Source: Lama guanicoe
Lineage: Eukaryota
DNA: 64,000 nucleotides
Direction: 5' to 3'
Assembly (NCBI GenBank): GCA_013239625.1
Contig: MU053594.1
Location: 1 to 64,000, forward strand
Below are positions 1 to 12,279 of the stretch, one piece after another. Both the position numbers and the translations under genes were made by a program. The notes under the pieces are model-generated. The model did no database searches. It saw only the letters and a program-made list of their open reading frames with translations, and was not told the origin of the DNA. The stretch's first letter is position 1. The number at the start of each line of letters is the position of its first letter.

Positions 1-890
1 GACAGAAATTGACCCTTGAGAAGAAAGGGACTGATAAACCAACAGCTTACCCTCCTCCTCTAGAAACATCTTCCTCCCCTTGTTGCACATGGAGTCCCGG
101 CTCTTATGGAGAATGCCAGTCAGTTGGGTGGTAAGTTGAGAACACGTGAATAAGTGAATAAGAAGTGTTCCAGCCTTTACGGATCTTTCTGAAGAGCAAC
201 TAACTGGTGTCTACGGTTCTTTAACTCCTCTTCTTTTTAAATATTCAAGAGCTTCTCTGAGATGGAGAGAGACAATAACCTACCAGGGATTTAGAAAACA
301 TTTCCCGGCCTTCAATATTGAGTTCGGAACAAAGGTGCTATTAACTGATAATCATTGTGGAGGGTTTGAAATTCAACCCCAACTTTTCCCCGGAATTCAT
401 CAGACACTGTTAAAGTAAAAATTAAATTTTTAAGTATCAGGATGAGTTTGGCCAGCAACCATAGAAAGACTTCTTCATTTTTTAAGTATTAAAAAACTGG
501 GTTTTGAAAGAAAATCACAAAAACTCCTTTTTCCTTCTTTGAATAAACAGGAAATAGAAGGTGATGGCGAGCTAACTGCATAATCTAATATTTAACATTT
601 CTTATGCTAATCTGGCCAAGAGCCTCTGTATGGTTTATTAAAATTTGCATTTTGTGTATAGCCCTAAAAGGAAAAATTTTAATGTATGTATCTGTAAAAA
701 TAATTATAGCTATTTCTTGTTAAAAGAAAATAGGCTGAATTCTCCTTCCTTTTTCTCTAGCAGCCTCATAAGTGGAGTGCACAAAAGGAAATACTGGGGA
801 GAAGCGTCTTGTTTTGGAAGGTTTAACTCAATTTAAATTTGCTGTATAAATGGGCGATTTCAGGAATAAAAGTCTCCAACAAGAGCCGCG

Positions 891-907
891 TGCGCCCTCT
901 GCTGGCG
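891..907 (-). promoter_or_regulatory. CTCF-binding motif
   Basis: Minus strand CGCCAGCAGAGGGCGCA matches the CCASYAGRKGGCRS core fully, in a locally CpG-containing context. Confidence 0.7.
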
Positions 908-2639
908 ATCACAGGGCCAAGGAGAGCATCTCCAATTCCCCAGCAGGGAAGAGAGAATGGGACACCCCCAAAGGCTAAATCACTGCTTCCACCGGAGAAT
1001 AGGGACACAACACAGTGGGGGGGTTTCCTTTGTGGTAATCTTCCTGAAACATCTTATCTATAGCTCAATTTTTTTTTTGAGCAAAGCTGACTTATCTTTA
1101 AATTACATCTTTAAGAAAGGCCCGGGTGGTCTCATTTCGGGGGACTCTGGGATGTAAGTCTCTTGAGGCTGGAGCCTGTAGCATCCCCAGCCCCCAAGCC
1201 CAATGCCCGGCCCGTAACAGGGGCGTGATAAATCCCTGCTGAATGAATGAATCGCTGTGGAGAAGACTCTGGATTAAAGGTGCCTGTGCTGCTGACTTCG
1301 ATTTAAGCACAGGCAAAACAGTTTTCCTTAGTCATGGCTGGAGCTTCTCCACAACATGGTTGAGAGCTTTTGAAGAGCTCTTTAAAGAGCTTTCGAAGGC
1401 CATCCGTACTCAGTTCGTGAAGGGAACCTTAATAATCGTAGCAACATCTGGCCCCGTGGCCACCCTAGAAGGGGTTAATAATATCCCAGTCATTGAAGAG
1501 CTATAAATCATTTAACAGGTCGCACTGTGCCTTCACCGGAGTCTCATTGTATCTCAATAATCCTGTGAAATGATTACCATTCCTCTCTGACGGAAGGTCC
1601 CTGAGCCTGACAAAGGTGGAATGGTGCTTTCACAGCAATCAAGTCATACGACAAAGATCCACACATGGTTTCTGTCCCCGAGTCGGGAGCTTATCCGACC
1701 TCCTCCTCGTCTCTGTAAGATTTAATGGTCCCCTCGAGTCCTCTGAGTTGGCTGAAGCTAAAATTAGAGGGGGCAGTCACAGCTTTTAAAGATCAGCCTA
1801 GTAAGTCACATCACGGGCATCTCCTCTTATTACTCATGACAGCCAGGTGATGGGAATTACGAGGGCTGGGCTGGCCGCGCTCTGACGCACCAAGTAGGTG
1901 AACAACCCTTGAAATAGCTTTCCCGTCCCCGGCCGTTTCCCTGGATGTTACACACAGACTTGCATCATGAAAGTGTGTGCAGGGTGAGACTGCGGAACAC
2001 CTCCCCTGAACGCGGACCGAAAATCACCTGCGCTAGGTCAGCGGTCAAAGAGATTTATAAGTTAGTGCCAGAGTGACCCCGAGTCAGTGTTTGCCAGGAA
2101 CTTGGTCTGTTTGATTTCAGGGAAAGCAAACAAAAGCCCAGCAGCCGAATGTTTGCTTAGGTCCGGGCTTCGCTGGGAGAACAAACCTGTGAGGGAGGAG
2201 GGGTGTGATAGCAAGTGTTGTCCCTTTGTGCCTTTGTACAGGACGTTCCTCACATGGCCCTTTTATTCCTTGTTTGCCAAACACACCCCTCTGCAGCCTG
2301 CAAGTCCCAGAGCCAGTGCAGCCTCTGGACTTACCCCTCCAAGCACCAGGAGCTCGCTCATCTCGCAGCCCTCAGCGCCCCGAATTGTAACTGTTTGCAT
2401 GTCAATTCCCCCCAATGACCCAGAGTTCTTTAAGAACAGGGGCTGTGTCCTGCATCTCTGTGCGAAAGGAAAATATTGGCTATCTCACGTGACCCAGACG
2501 TGAGTCCCAGAAGCCCAGAGTCCAGTGCAGGGGCATTCACATTTTTTTTATAATCACAACGTAAAGTAAGAAATATATTTTATATCATGACCCAGGAAGA
2601 AATATGTGGGTTTACATATATAAACATGTATTTCTTTTA

Positions 2640-2752
2640 TTTTATTTTTTGTTGAAGTATAGTTGATGTACAATGTTAGTTTCAGTTGTACAGCAAAGTG
2701 ATTCAGTTGTCCATATACATACATATGTATTTTTTTCAGATTCTTTTCCAGT
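2640..2752 (-). mobile_element. L1 extreme 3' end fragment
   Basis: T-rich tail followed by gaagtatagttgat...tacagcaaagtgattcagtt, a laurasiatherian L1 3' terminus. Confidence 0.75.
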
Positions 2753-2779
2753 ATAATAAACATGTATTTTCATATATAA

Positions 2780-2809
2780 GTGTGTGTGTGTGTGTATATA
2801 TATATATAT
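2780..2809. repeat. Compound (GT)n(AT)n microsatellite
   Basis: gtgtgtgtgtgtgtgtatatatatatatat read directly. Confidence 0.9.
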
Positions 2810-3277
2810 CTGCAGTTTTTAATAAAACTGAAACAAAATTCGACAAAATAATACTATAGGAAGTGCTACTGTCTAGGATTTTGTTTTCTAATTTATCCTG
2901 TATTATTTTTCCAAATACTTATCGTGATGCACTAAATTGATCTTATGATACAGTAATGAATGTCAGCTTTCGATGTGAGACCTATTTGTGCCTTTGATTT
3001 CATCTGCCTCTCCCCCGCACCCCCACCCAACCCCTGCCCCTACTTCCATTTTCTGTTGTTATCTATTGAGTGCTTCACACTGGGGGAGGAGGAAGGAGTT
3101 CTGATTGGGTGATGCTGCAGGAAAGAGAGAGATGGAGCACGGATGGAGCCTGGAGGAAGCAGTGTTCTCTGTATTCCCCTTTCAGCACCTTGGACTAGAT
3201 TTGAGCTCCTATAAGTAGGAGGGAGTGTTAGAAACATTACAAAACTTTGGGCACAAGCTAGGCTACTTCGAGAGTCT

Positions 3278-3502
3278 AGGTCAGAAATCTGTAAAATACA
3301 ATCTTTGGGCTGAGCCCACCTGTTCACCTGTTTTTGTTAATAAAGTTTAATTGGAACACAGCCACACACATTAATTTGCATATTGTCTACGGCTGCTTTC
3401 CCTACAACTGCAGACTTGAGTGGTTGTGATCAAGATCCCATGATCTACAAAGTTGAAATATTTACTATCTGCCTAATTGCAGGAAAAGTTTGCTGACCCC
3501 TG
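3278..3502. mobile_element. MER58A-like hAT-Charlie DNA transposon (MITE)
   Basis: aataaagtttaattggaacacagccac...tatttactatctg...aaaagtttgctgacccctg resembles the MER58A consensus and terminus. Confidence 0.8.
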
Positions 3503-4064
3503 GTATAGATAAAAAATGTTTTCTACTTCTACTAGGGGAAGCGAGCATAGCTCTGAGGCATTTAAGTCAGAACCCTAGGCATGGGCAATATCTTTCTCAA
3601 GACAGATCATGCCATCCTGTCCCCAGCTTGCCGGTTGGGGAACGTCCCCAGCTGAGCAGGAGTGGCTGAACAGAGTGGCTTCGGTGAGGGTGGGGTGGGG
3701 CTGCTGCCCCAGGCTGCGGCGCTGCCTTTGGAAATACCTGGAAGTACCAGGGGTGCGACTGTGACTGCAAAGATGAGGACACTTGAGCCACCTGACACCA
3801 AGTGTCATTTGCATTCTCAGTGTCTACAGTAGGAAAGGTACTTGGAGGGTGCTAAGCAAATGTTTGCTGAATATTTCTTAAATGAGAAAGGAATTGGTGG
3901 CTTGCAGTGTAGAAACTTGAATTTTATCAAAACCTCTCTGGAAGGCAATGGTCAGTAAAGAGCCTGGATGCCTGCAGCTCAGAGCTGCAATCCTCTCTCC
4001 TACTTGGAAAGTAAGACATCTTTTCTCAGCTGCTTCGGCAACTAATTATCAAAGATGAAGATCA

Positions 4065-4280
4065 TGATAATAATGACTACAGCTAACAATAAATAAATAT
4101 TGTGTGCTTATCAAGTGCCAGGCACTATTCTAGGTTCTTTACATACAGCAATTCATTTTTATCCTTTTGACAAGAAATTCTATTTTAATCTCATTTTACA
4201 AATAAGAAAACAGACACAGAGAGGTTATGCAACTTGCCTAACAGCTAATAAGTAGCAGCACCAGAATTTGAATATGGGAT
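4065..4280 (-). mobile_element. MIR SINE
   Basis: cattttacaaataagaaaacagacacagagaggttatgcaacttgcc is the MIR core. Confidence 0.75.
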
Positions 4281-4329
4281 GATCTTTGCAGGGAGACAAA
4301 AAAAAAATGGATGGCTGAGATGATCAGAT

Positions 4330-4736
4330 GCTGGCTCGTTCATTGCATCCAGTGGGTTTTCTCTTTCCCTTTCACTGTCACCTAAGAATTTACTCATTTA
4401 TAGAACAAATCTTAAGGAATGTGCCCTGCATCTTTTTTTTTTTTTTGTCTGTAATTGGTCTACAGGTGGGCACATTACTCAGTCTGAGCAGAAAGACGTA
4501 GGAAGCCTGCTGGGGCTTCTGGAAAAAATTTCCTCCCATGAAAACCCCACTCCCAGGCAGAGTAGAAAGATGGATGTAACTGACCAAGACGTTTGACGGT
4601 GCTGCGGAGCTACGACGTTCTCCCACAAGTACCTGCCTGTGAATTTCTTATTCGTGAGATTAATAAACTCCTATTGTTTAAACCATTTTAAGTCAGATGT
4701 TCTGCTCTTCAGTCTCCAATCCATAATCCTGTTACA
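4330..4736 (+). mobile_element. Old ERVL/MaLR-type LTR remnant
   Basis: 3' end gagattaataaactcctattgtttaaaccatttta...ttaca is typical of LTR16/LTR33/MLT-like LTRs; family uncertain. Confidence 0.45.
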
Positions 4737-5034
4737 GGACCTTCGTAGCTTTTATCAGTAGCAGAAAGCATCTCATGTATTGATTAGTTTCCTTACCTGC
4801 CTGTCCCCCCAGTCCCTCTTCAACAACATCAATGCCAGAACAGGACTCTTACCTCTGCCATCCACTGCTCTGTGCCCAGGGCCCAGACCATGTCGGGCCA
4901 AAGGGCTGGGGAATCCAAATATAAACCCAAGAGGCTCACAGTTCAGTGGGGAAACAGGCAAGCAAACAATCAACAAATGTCATCTTAGAGGTGAAATCAC
5001 AGAAGACTAAGCCTGCTCAGGGACTGTGCTTTAC

Positions 5035-5475
5035 AAAGCCATTGTGGCTTTAGTATCCAAAACATGGAAACAACCCAAATGTCCAACCGATAAATAAAAG
5101 GTGGTATATTCATACAATGGAATATTACTCAGTAATCAAAAGGAATGAACAGCTGATGCAGGCTACAACCTTGAAAACATGATGCTAAGTGAAAGAAGCC
5201 AGGCACAGAAGGCCACATATTGTATGATTCCATTTATATGAAATATCTAGAGAAGGCAAATCCGTAGAGATGGGAAGTAGACCAGTGGCTGCCAGGGGCT
5301 GAGGGGAAAGGGAGTGACTGCTAATGAGTATAGGGTTTCTTTTGGGAGTGATGAAGCGTTCTAAAATTGTGCTGAGGGTTGCGCAGTTCTGTGAACATAC
5401 TAAGAACTACTGAAATTGTATGCATTACCTGGGTGAATTGTATCTTATGTGAATTTTATCTCAGTAAAGCTGTTG
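5035..5475 (+). mobile_element. Old L1M (L1MB-like) 3' end
   Basis: ggaaacaacccaaatgtcc...atgctaagtgaaagaagccag...tgtatgattccatttatatgaaa...ctcagtaaagctgtt. Confidence 0.85.
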
Positions 5476-5919
5476 AGAGAGAGCGAGAAAGAAGCTTAGC
5501 AAGCTACTGCTTTCAAGGAATTCCTACCAAACAAGAAACTGGGGTCTACAGAGAATGATAATTGCCTTTCATTGGGTCTCCCTGTTCCCCCATCAGGGGT
5601 AGAAATGGTGTTAGGGTGACTGATAGGTCCTGACTGGTTTGGACTTCTCTGGTTTTAGCACTAAAAATTCCATGTCCTGGGAACCCCTCTCAGTCCTGGG
5701 CAAACCCAGAAGGCTGGTTATTCCAAAGTAGGGAAATCACTTACAAAGCCGCCACCCTGCCTGCTAGGACACGGGTGACTTGACAGAGCATTTTAAGAAT
5801 AAAAAAATAATAATAATTCAACATTGGGGAAGTCTGTGTGACACATGGATTTGAATAGGTAAATTAATCTAGGATAGAAAATGTTCAAATAACCTATCTG
5901 CACAGATGGATCACTTTAC

Positions 5920-6025
5920 TTTTTTAACTGAGTTATAGTCAGTTTACAATGTTGTGTCAATTTCTGGTGTACATCACAGTGCTTCAGTCATACATGAATA
6001 TACATATATTCATTTTCATATTCAT
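5920..6025 (-). mobile_element. L1 3' end fragment
   Basis: tttacaatgttgtgtcaatttctggtgtac...tcagtcatacatgaatatacatatattcattttcatatt. Confidence 0.7.
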
Positions 6026-6073
6026 AAGGATAACTTAAGCATATACAAAAAACTAAAGAAGTGACAGTGTGGT

Positions 6074-6229
6074 GGGGGGGAGGGTATAGCTCAGTGGTAG
6101 AGCACGTGCTTAGCACGCAGGCGGTCCTGGGTTCAATCCCCAGTGCCTCCATTAAAATAAATAAATAAATAAATAAGTAAACAAACCTAATGACCTCCCC
6201 CCAAAATTAAGAAAAAAATTTAAATTAAA
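6074..6229 (+). mobile_element. tRNA-derived SINE (camelid Vic-1 type) with TSD
   Basis: A box TAGCTCAGTGG (6087-6097), B box GGTTCAATCC (6130-6139), (TAAA)n tail; direct repeat aaagaagtgaca at 6055-6066 and 6230-6241. Confidence 0.88.
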
Positions 6230-7850
6230 AAAGAAGTGACAACTTTGTGTTCTTTTAAATGTGTTTAAAGAGGACATTCTATTTAGGGAACCATATGGTA
6301 ATGCGTATTTAAGTGCTTACGTCAGAGGCAGGTTGAACGTCTGCACCCCAGTGTGTATGAAGCTATTTTAAAAACACAAGTTGCCACAGAACCAGTACTT
6401 GCCAGTCAGATGATGATGGAAATTGTTCCCAAACTGCGAGACACACTGTGAAGTCTAGAAAGCTCGCAGAGAATGTGCCAGCGTGAGAGGGAAATTTGTG
6501 AGAAAACACCCACTGTCGTGGATACCTGCTTGTCCTTGGACGTCCTGCAAACGTTGGTGAACTCAGTTGCCAAGGCAGCGTGAAAGATTATGCCTCAGGG
6601 CTCCTCGGGGGCTGTGGGTCCCCCTGCGGGGAAATGGACTTGCCTGGAGACACAGGCAATTACCACTCAGCCTCCTATTTTGTTCAAGGAGTGGGGAATA
6701 AACACACACCAGGAAAGTGTTATGCAGTTTTATAGAAAGCTAACAACAGTGTGGCCATTTCTCTAGTTCTAAAGATCTCCTCTTTCAAAGGAATCCATAT
6801 GCAAAAGAAAAAAAAAAGGCAGCCATTTCGTCTGTAAATATGCTATCTATAGAAGCCTGAAGGAACTGGGGACGGAGGGGAGGCAGGAAAGGATAAAGAG
6901 CAGGACTCCTGGGAAAAACGCTTTGGAAGAATATCTTTCTAGACCCCAGGTAATTATCCTGAGATTTAGAGCGGGTTTCTCCTGCCCTGTCTCTGCAAGG
7001 CGGATGGTGAATGAGAATCCCCTGGATGATTACACTCAACTCCCCAAGCCCCACACCCAGGTGGGTTCCAGCAGGCCCTCCTGAGGGAGCACCATCAAAA
7101 TATGTAAAGGAAATAAAAAGCCAGATAAGCTTGGATGTCGGTGTGAGAACTGTCAGAGCCAGGACTGATCGCTGGTGAGCCCTTGGTACAGGCCACAGCT
7201 GAATCAGGCGGAAGACATCTTAGGAGGCGGCGTCGGAGAAACAAAATCCACGTGGTCACTTCTTTTATAAATACGTGTTGCGCCTCCGTTGTGCGCCAGG
7301 AAGAGCGCTGGGCGGTGGGGGCCCAGGGGGGGCCAATGAGGATCAACTCCTACCCTCATGGAGATGACAGTCTGGTGGGGGAGGAAGACGGAGTCCGGCG
7401 ACCACCCACCACAGGGTAAAATCAAAGCTGCCATAAACGTCAGGTAGCAGGGCACGAGGCCCTAAGAGGGGGTGTTGGGGGTTTGACTCAGTATAGAGCA
7501 TCGGGGAAAGCGCTTCCAGAAGGGAGTCAGGTGAGCAGAGATACAGAAGATAAATAGGTGGGAGAGAACTGGGCCAAAGAGGGCAGGGAGGGAGGAGGAT
7601 AGCCCAGAAAGAGGAAATAGCAAGTGCAAAGGCCATGTGGTGGGAGGAGACATGGCGAGGAGAGCACCAGCGTGGCTGGATCTCAAAGAGCAAAGCAGAG
7701 CACGGAGGAAAGGGAGGTCAGCAGGTGAGCTCCCAGGTGATGTGGAAGCTGCTAATCTGGGGACCACAAGGCAAGGTGCCAGACTGGACAGGGCTTGGTG
7801 GACCATGCTGAGAATTTTGCTTAAAAGCCATGGGAAGATATCAAGGGGTG

Positions 7851-8801
7851 TGTCAACAAAAATACTCAACGAACAATAAGAAGGATAGAAAAGAGTGTTA
7901 TTTGAGCCAAACTGAGGCCTGGCCCAGAAGCTCGCTTCCCAGATCACTCTGAGACATCGCTCTGGAGAAGCATGGTTTCCAGCACAGCTTTATATCTTGT
8001 CAGAACAAAGAAACATTCACAAGTTAGGGGTACATTTCTTCAAGGTTTCAGAAAGAACATAATGCCATTTGCAGCAACATGGATGGACCTGGAGATTGTC
8101 ATTCTAGGTGAAGTAAGCCAGAAAGAGAAAGAAAAATACCGTATGATATCACTTATATGTGGAATCTTAAAAAAAAAAGACAAACGAACTTATTTACAAA
8201 ACAGAAACAGAGTCACAGACATAGAGAACAAACGTATGGTTACCTGGGTGGGGGAAGCGGGTGGGAAGGGATAAATTGGGAGTCCGAAGTTTGCAGATAC
8301 TAACAATGTCTATAAAATACATAAACAACAAGTTCATACTGCAGAGCACAGGGAACCATATTCAATACCTTGTAGTAACTTACGGTGAAAAAGAATATGA
8401 AAACAAATATATGCATGTTCATGTGTGACTGAAGCACTGTGCTGGGCACCAGAAATTGACACATTATAAAATAACTATAATTCAATAATAACAATTTAAA
8501 AAAGAACACACCAGCACGTACACAGTGAGGCAGTGTGGCCTTGGCACCTGGGAAGGGAGTCCTATCACCAAGGGAGGACTAGCATTTTTGTCCCAGGGAA
8601 AGGGGCATTTAGTTTTATTTTTAACGCAGACATTTTTTACTTCTGGTCAATATGCCCTTTACTTTAATAATCAGAGCAGATGTACAGATGCATGCTTGAT
8701 AAGCCACAAACAAGGCTATTTTAGTTAGCATAAAATTCAAGTTACCTCGTATCTAAGCCAGAATGACTTCTCTAAATTTCATGTGAAATTTTCTTTTATC
8801 A
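7851..8801 (-). mobile_element. Solo ERV LTR (ERV1-type, 4-bp TSD) interrupted by an L1
   Basis: Begins TG (7851) and ends CA (8801); flanked by GGTG at 7847-7850 and 8802-8805; orientation tentative. Confidence 0.7.
8060..8500 (+). mobile_element. 5'-truncated L1 3' end inserted in the LTR
   Basis: atgccatttgcagcaacatggatggacctggag (ORF2 end MPFAATWMDLE), then 3'UTR and A-rich tail; direct repeat aaagaaca at 8052-8059 and 8501-8508. Confidence 0.9.
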
Positions 8802-9708
8802 GGTGCTAAGGAAGGCAGTGATGTGATCAGACTTGCATTTTGAGGCAATCACTTTGGGACAAGAGTGGAGGTGGGAGGCCATTTAGGAAGGAGAGGATGG
8901 TAGCTTGGACCCAGACAACAGCTTCCATGGAAAATATTGGAAGAAATATACTGGTTTGAGAGGAACTCAGGAAGAAAAACGGAATCTGACAGAGAGGGAG
9001 ATGACAAGATTGGCTTCCAGGCTTCTGGCTTCGCCCATTAATTATATGCTGGTACCATTCAAGCAGATAAGGACACCAAACACAGAGCAGACCTGAGGAA
9101 TTTCAGAGCTCTATTTTGGACACACTGAGTTTGAGATGCTTTGAGACGCAAGAGTAGAAACGTTTACAAGCAAAAGGGAATGGCCAGTTGAAGGTTTTTC
9201 TACCTGTCCTGTTAATTTTTCCTAAGAGATAATGCAGTGAGAGCCCCTCTTCAAGAGAAAGGCATCCTCATAAAAGCTTTTCCCAGGCATCCCTGAAACA
9301 ATCATCAGGCATCAGGATCTTGATTTTGAGAAAGAACGTCAGTCTTCTACACAACATGAAAATGCAGAGATGCTTGGAATAGAGGCAGATCATTGTTTCA
9401 TGGAACAGATTTGGCACAGCCGTGCCTATTTGGAGCAACAGATAAACATATTTTACAATAAGATAATCTTTGTATGGAGAGCATTTACTTTAGAGAGCCA
9501 CCATCTCTACAGGGTGTTTGTTTTCTCCTGTCAGGTGCGTGGAGGTAAGTGCAGGAGCTGCTCTCTGTAGAGGAAAGGGGGGGGGGCTCCAGCCTCCCCA
9601 GACCCCTCCTGGCTGCCCTGAGGGTGGAGAACCTGCCAGTACACCTGTGACTCATTCGCACCCGCCAGTACGTTCTGGCAGACCTGCTGGAGGCTCCGCC
9701 CCAGACAC

Positions 9709-9870
9709 CAGTGCTTCTCAAACTGTTAAATGCATGCGATCCCCTGCAGATCTTGTTAAAATGCAGAATCTGATTCTGTCGTTCGGCCTGAGAGGCCACA
9801 TTTCTAATACGTTCCCAGAAGGTATGGAAGCTGCTAGCCCGAGGACGTGTTCCAAGTTTCAGGAGCCAGA
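9709..9870. mobile_element. MER5A-like hAT DNA transposon
   Basis: cagtgcttctcaaact...cttgttaaaatgcagaatctgattc...catttcta. Confidence 0.65.
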
Positions 9871-11717
9871 GGTTAATTAACACTGTTGGTAGAATTTCTT
9901 AAGGTAAAAGTTCATCTTCCTGGGTACGTGCTTGAGTAGTTAGTGATACCCTAGTATTTGACTTTCTGACTTGATAAATGAAGTGTGTGAGGCATCTGGT
10001 GCCAGTGTCTTACAATTTTTTGGATAATTGTAAAAATGTATCTAAATGTATGAGTCACACTCCAAAGGCAGAGGAACAGGAGACAGCTCAAATTGTCTTG
10101 GGCAGCAGTCAGCCCAAGAAATAGCTTCAGATAAATAAGAAATCATCCCAGGGGAAATAGGTTGTGGGTTGATAGAGGTACTTGAAGATATAAGAAAGAC
10201 GTAAGTTGAATGGGATCGCTATCATTCTCAAAATAGTTGAAGCCACAGAACCTAGCAGGAGGATAAGGGTGGGAATGCGGAATCTTACTGCCAAAAATAC
10301 AGTTCTTTAGTCCAACAGAGTGATTCAGAAGGGACAGTGTCTCCAGATCCAATTGCTGCAAGCTGATGATTCTGGCTTGAGATAAGTAATGCTTTTAGTA
10401 CCCTGTTAGATTTTAAGCGTTCGTTTCTGAGTAAGATGGAAAGGCTTGTGATAGCTAGGGAAATTGAGAGCAAAGTTCTAAAAGCCTTCTTGACACATCA
10501 TTTGGACTTTGGAAAGGTGTGTTGTCTGACAACGACTAAGAACTCTACTAAACTTTCCCTGAAATTCTATAAATCCTGGGAAATTCCTTATTTATTTAAG
10601 AATTTGGGATATTGTCTAAATCCTCATAGCTAGTTGTTTTTTTTCTAGTTAATATCAGTTTCATTCTGTGAAATCACATAGTCAATAAAAAAGTTTGAAA
10701 TTATTTTTATTTTCAAGAACATCTCTTCAATTTGAAGTCGACAGCCGGCACAAAATTCTAAGTAAAGGGTTTAAAGGTTAAAATGGGATATGAAAATAGG
10801 CTTTCTCAATTTCTTACTTAGTGCCAAGGGAAAAACATGGAGAAATATTTAAGCAATATTAAACAATTTTACAATGTTGCTCATGAGTAAAGGCAACAAA
10901 AATAACTTCTCAATATGCATGGGCTTAGAAAATATGTCATTTATATGTCCTTCTTGAAAAAGGTCCAGAGACCTATTCAGTTGCCCAAGAGATGAATCAG
11001 AATTAAAAATGCAACAACTGAAAAAAATCATATGAATAAGCACAGAATATGTCCACATAATTGCAAATATGATTACAAACTTAAAGCATGTGATCTTGAA
11101 AAAAATATATAAAAAATACTTTAAATGACAATATTTGGATTTAAAATCTCAGAGGTTAACAATAACACTGGGAAGAGATGCCAGAAGGACTTTGGGTGTC
11201 AAAAATGGTTAAATTCCTCCTCTTGCACAGAAGAAAAGAATTCCTGATTCTTACCTGATATTGATAAGCCAAGAGAATTTGTCTCTGGCAGAAATGCTGA
11301 AAGAAGGTCTCCAGGTGATGGGAGGTGACGCCAGACAGAAGCTTAGCTCTGCTCAAAGGAGTGAAGTAAATACTAGACAGGACAGGTGTGTGGGGAAGTG
11401 CAGACTTTATATGTATTTGTTGAAAATACTACAAACTGATGTGAACATACTTAAAACTACTAAACTACACTGGAAAAAAGTTAAGATGATACATTTTATG
11501 TTTGTATTTTTTTTAACCAAAATTAAAAATAAAACAATAAAAAACAAGCAAATAAATAAAAGCACTAGTGATTGCTTAAAGCAGAAATAATAACAATGAA
11601 TTATAGCATTATAGTGTATGGAGGATAAATACATGACCAGTGCATAAGGGGCAGGAGACTGGGTTAAAGGGATTCCACTGCTGTAAACAGACAGGAATGC
11701 TAATAATTACCAGTTTT

Positions 11718-12262
11718 TTGGTTTTTTTTTACAAAATAATGCCTATATTCCCCTGTGCTGTACAATATATCCTTGTTCCTTATCTGTTTTTTTTTACATT
11801 TTTATTGATTCATAATCATTTTACAGTGTTGTGTCAAATTCCAGTGTTCAGCACAATTTTTCAGTCATTCATGGACATATACACACTCATGGTCACATTT
11901 TCTTCTCTGTGATTTATCATAACATTTTGTGTATATTTCCCTGTGCTATACAGTGTAATCTTGCTTATCTATTCTACAATTTTGAAATCCCAGTCTATCC
12001 CTTCCCACCCTCTACCCCCCCCGTAACCACAAGTCTGTATTCTCTGTCCATGAGTCTATTTCTGTCCTGTATTTATGCTTTGTTTTTGTTTGTTTGTTTG
12101 TTTTTGTTTTTTAGATTCCACATATGAGTGATCTCATATGGTATTTTTCTTTCTCTTTCTGGCTTACTTCACTTAGAATGACATTCTCTAGGAGCATCCA
12201 TGTTGCTGCAAATGGCATTATGTTGTCGGTTTTTATGGCTGAGTAGTATTCCATTGTATAAA
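11718..12262 (-). mobile_element. Young camelid-type L1 3' end with an extra 3' segment and a 17-bp TSD
   Basis: L1 3'UTR/ORF2 end at 11796-12262; TSD taataattaccagtttt at 11701-11717 and 12263-12279. Confidence 0.88.
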
Positions 12263-12279
12263 TAATAATTACCAGTTTT

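Larger units (their letters stand above)
7560..9170 (+). mobile_element. L2 remnant split by an LTR (pieces ~7560-7850 and ~8802-9170)
   Basis: gaaatagcaagtgcaaaggcc...gtggctgga; gtgatgtgatcagacttgcatttt; ttttggacacactgagtttgagatg are L2 3'-region motifs. Confidence 0.65.

Noticed and set aside
6074..6150. tRNA gene
   Set aside because: It has A and B boxes but also an AT-rich tail, a TSD and a second degenerate copy at 31781, so it is a SINE.
10640..11150. AT-rich block possibly derived from a DNA transposon coding region
   Set aside because: I could not identify termini or a convincing transposase motif.
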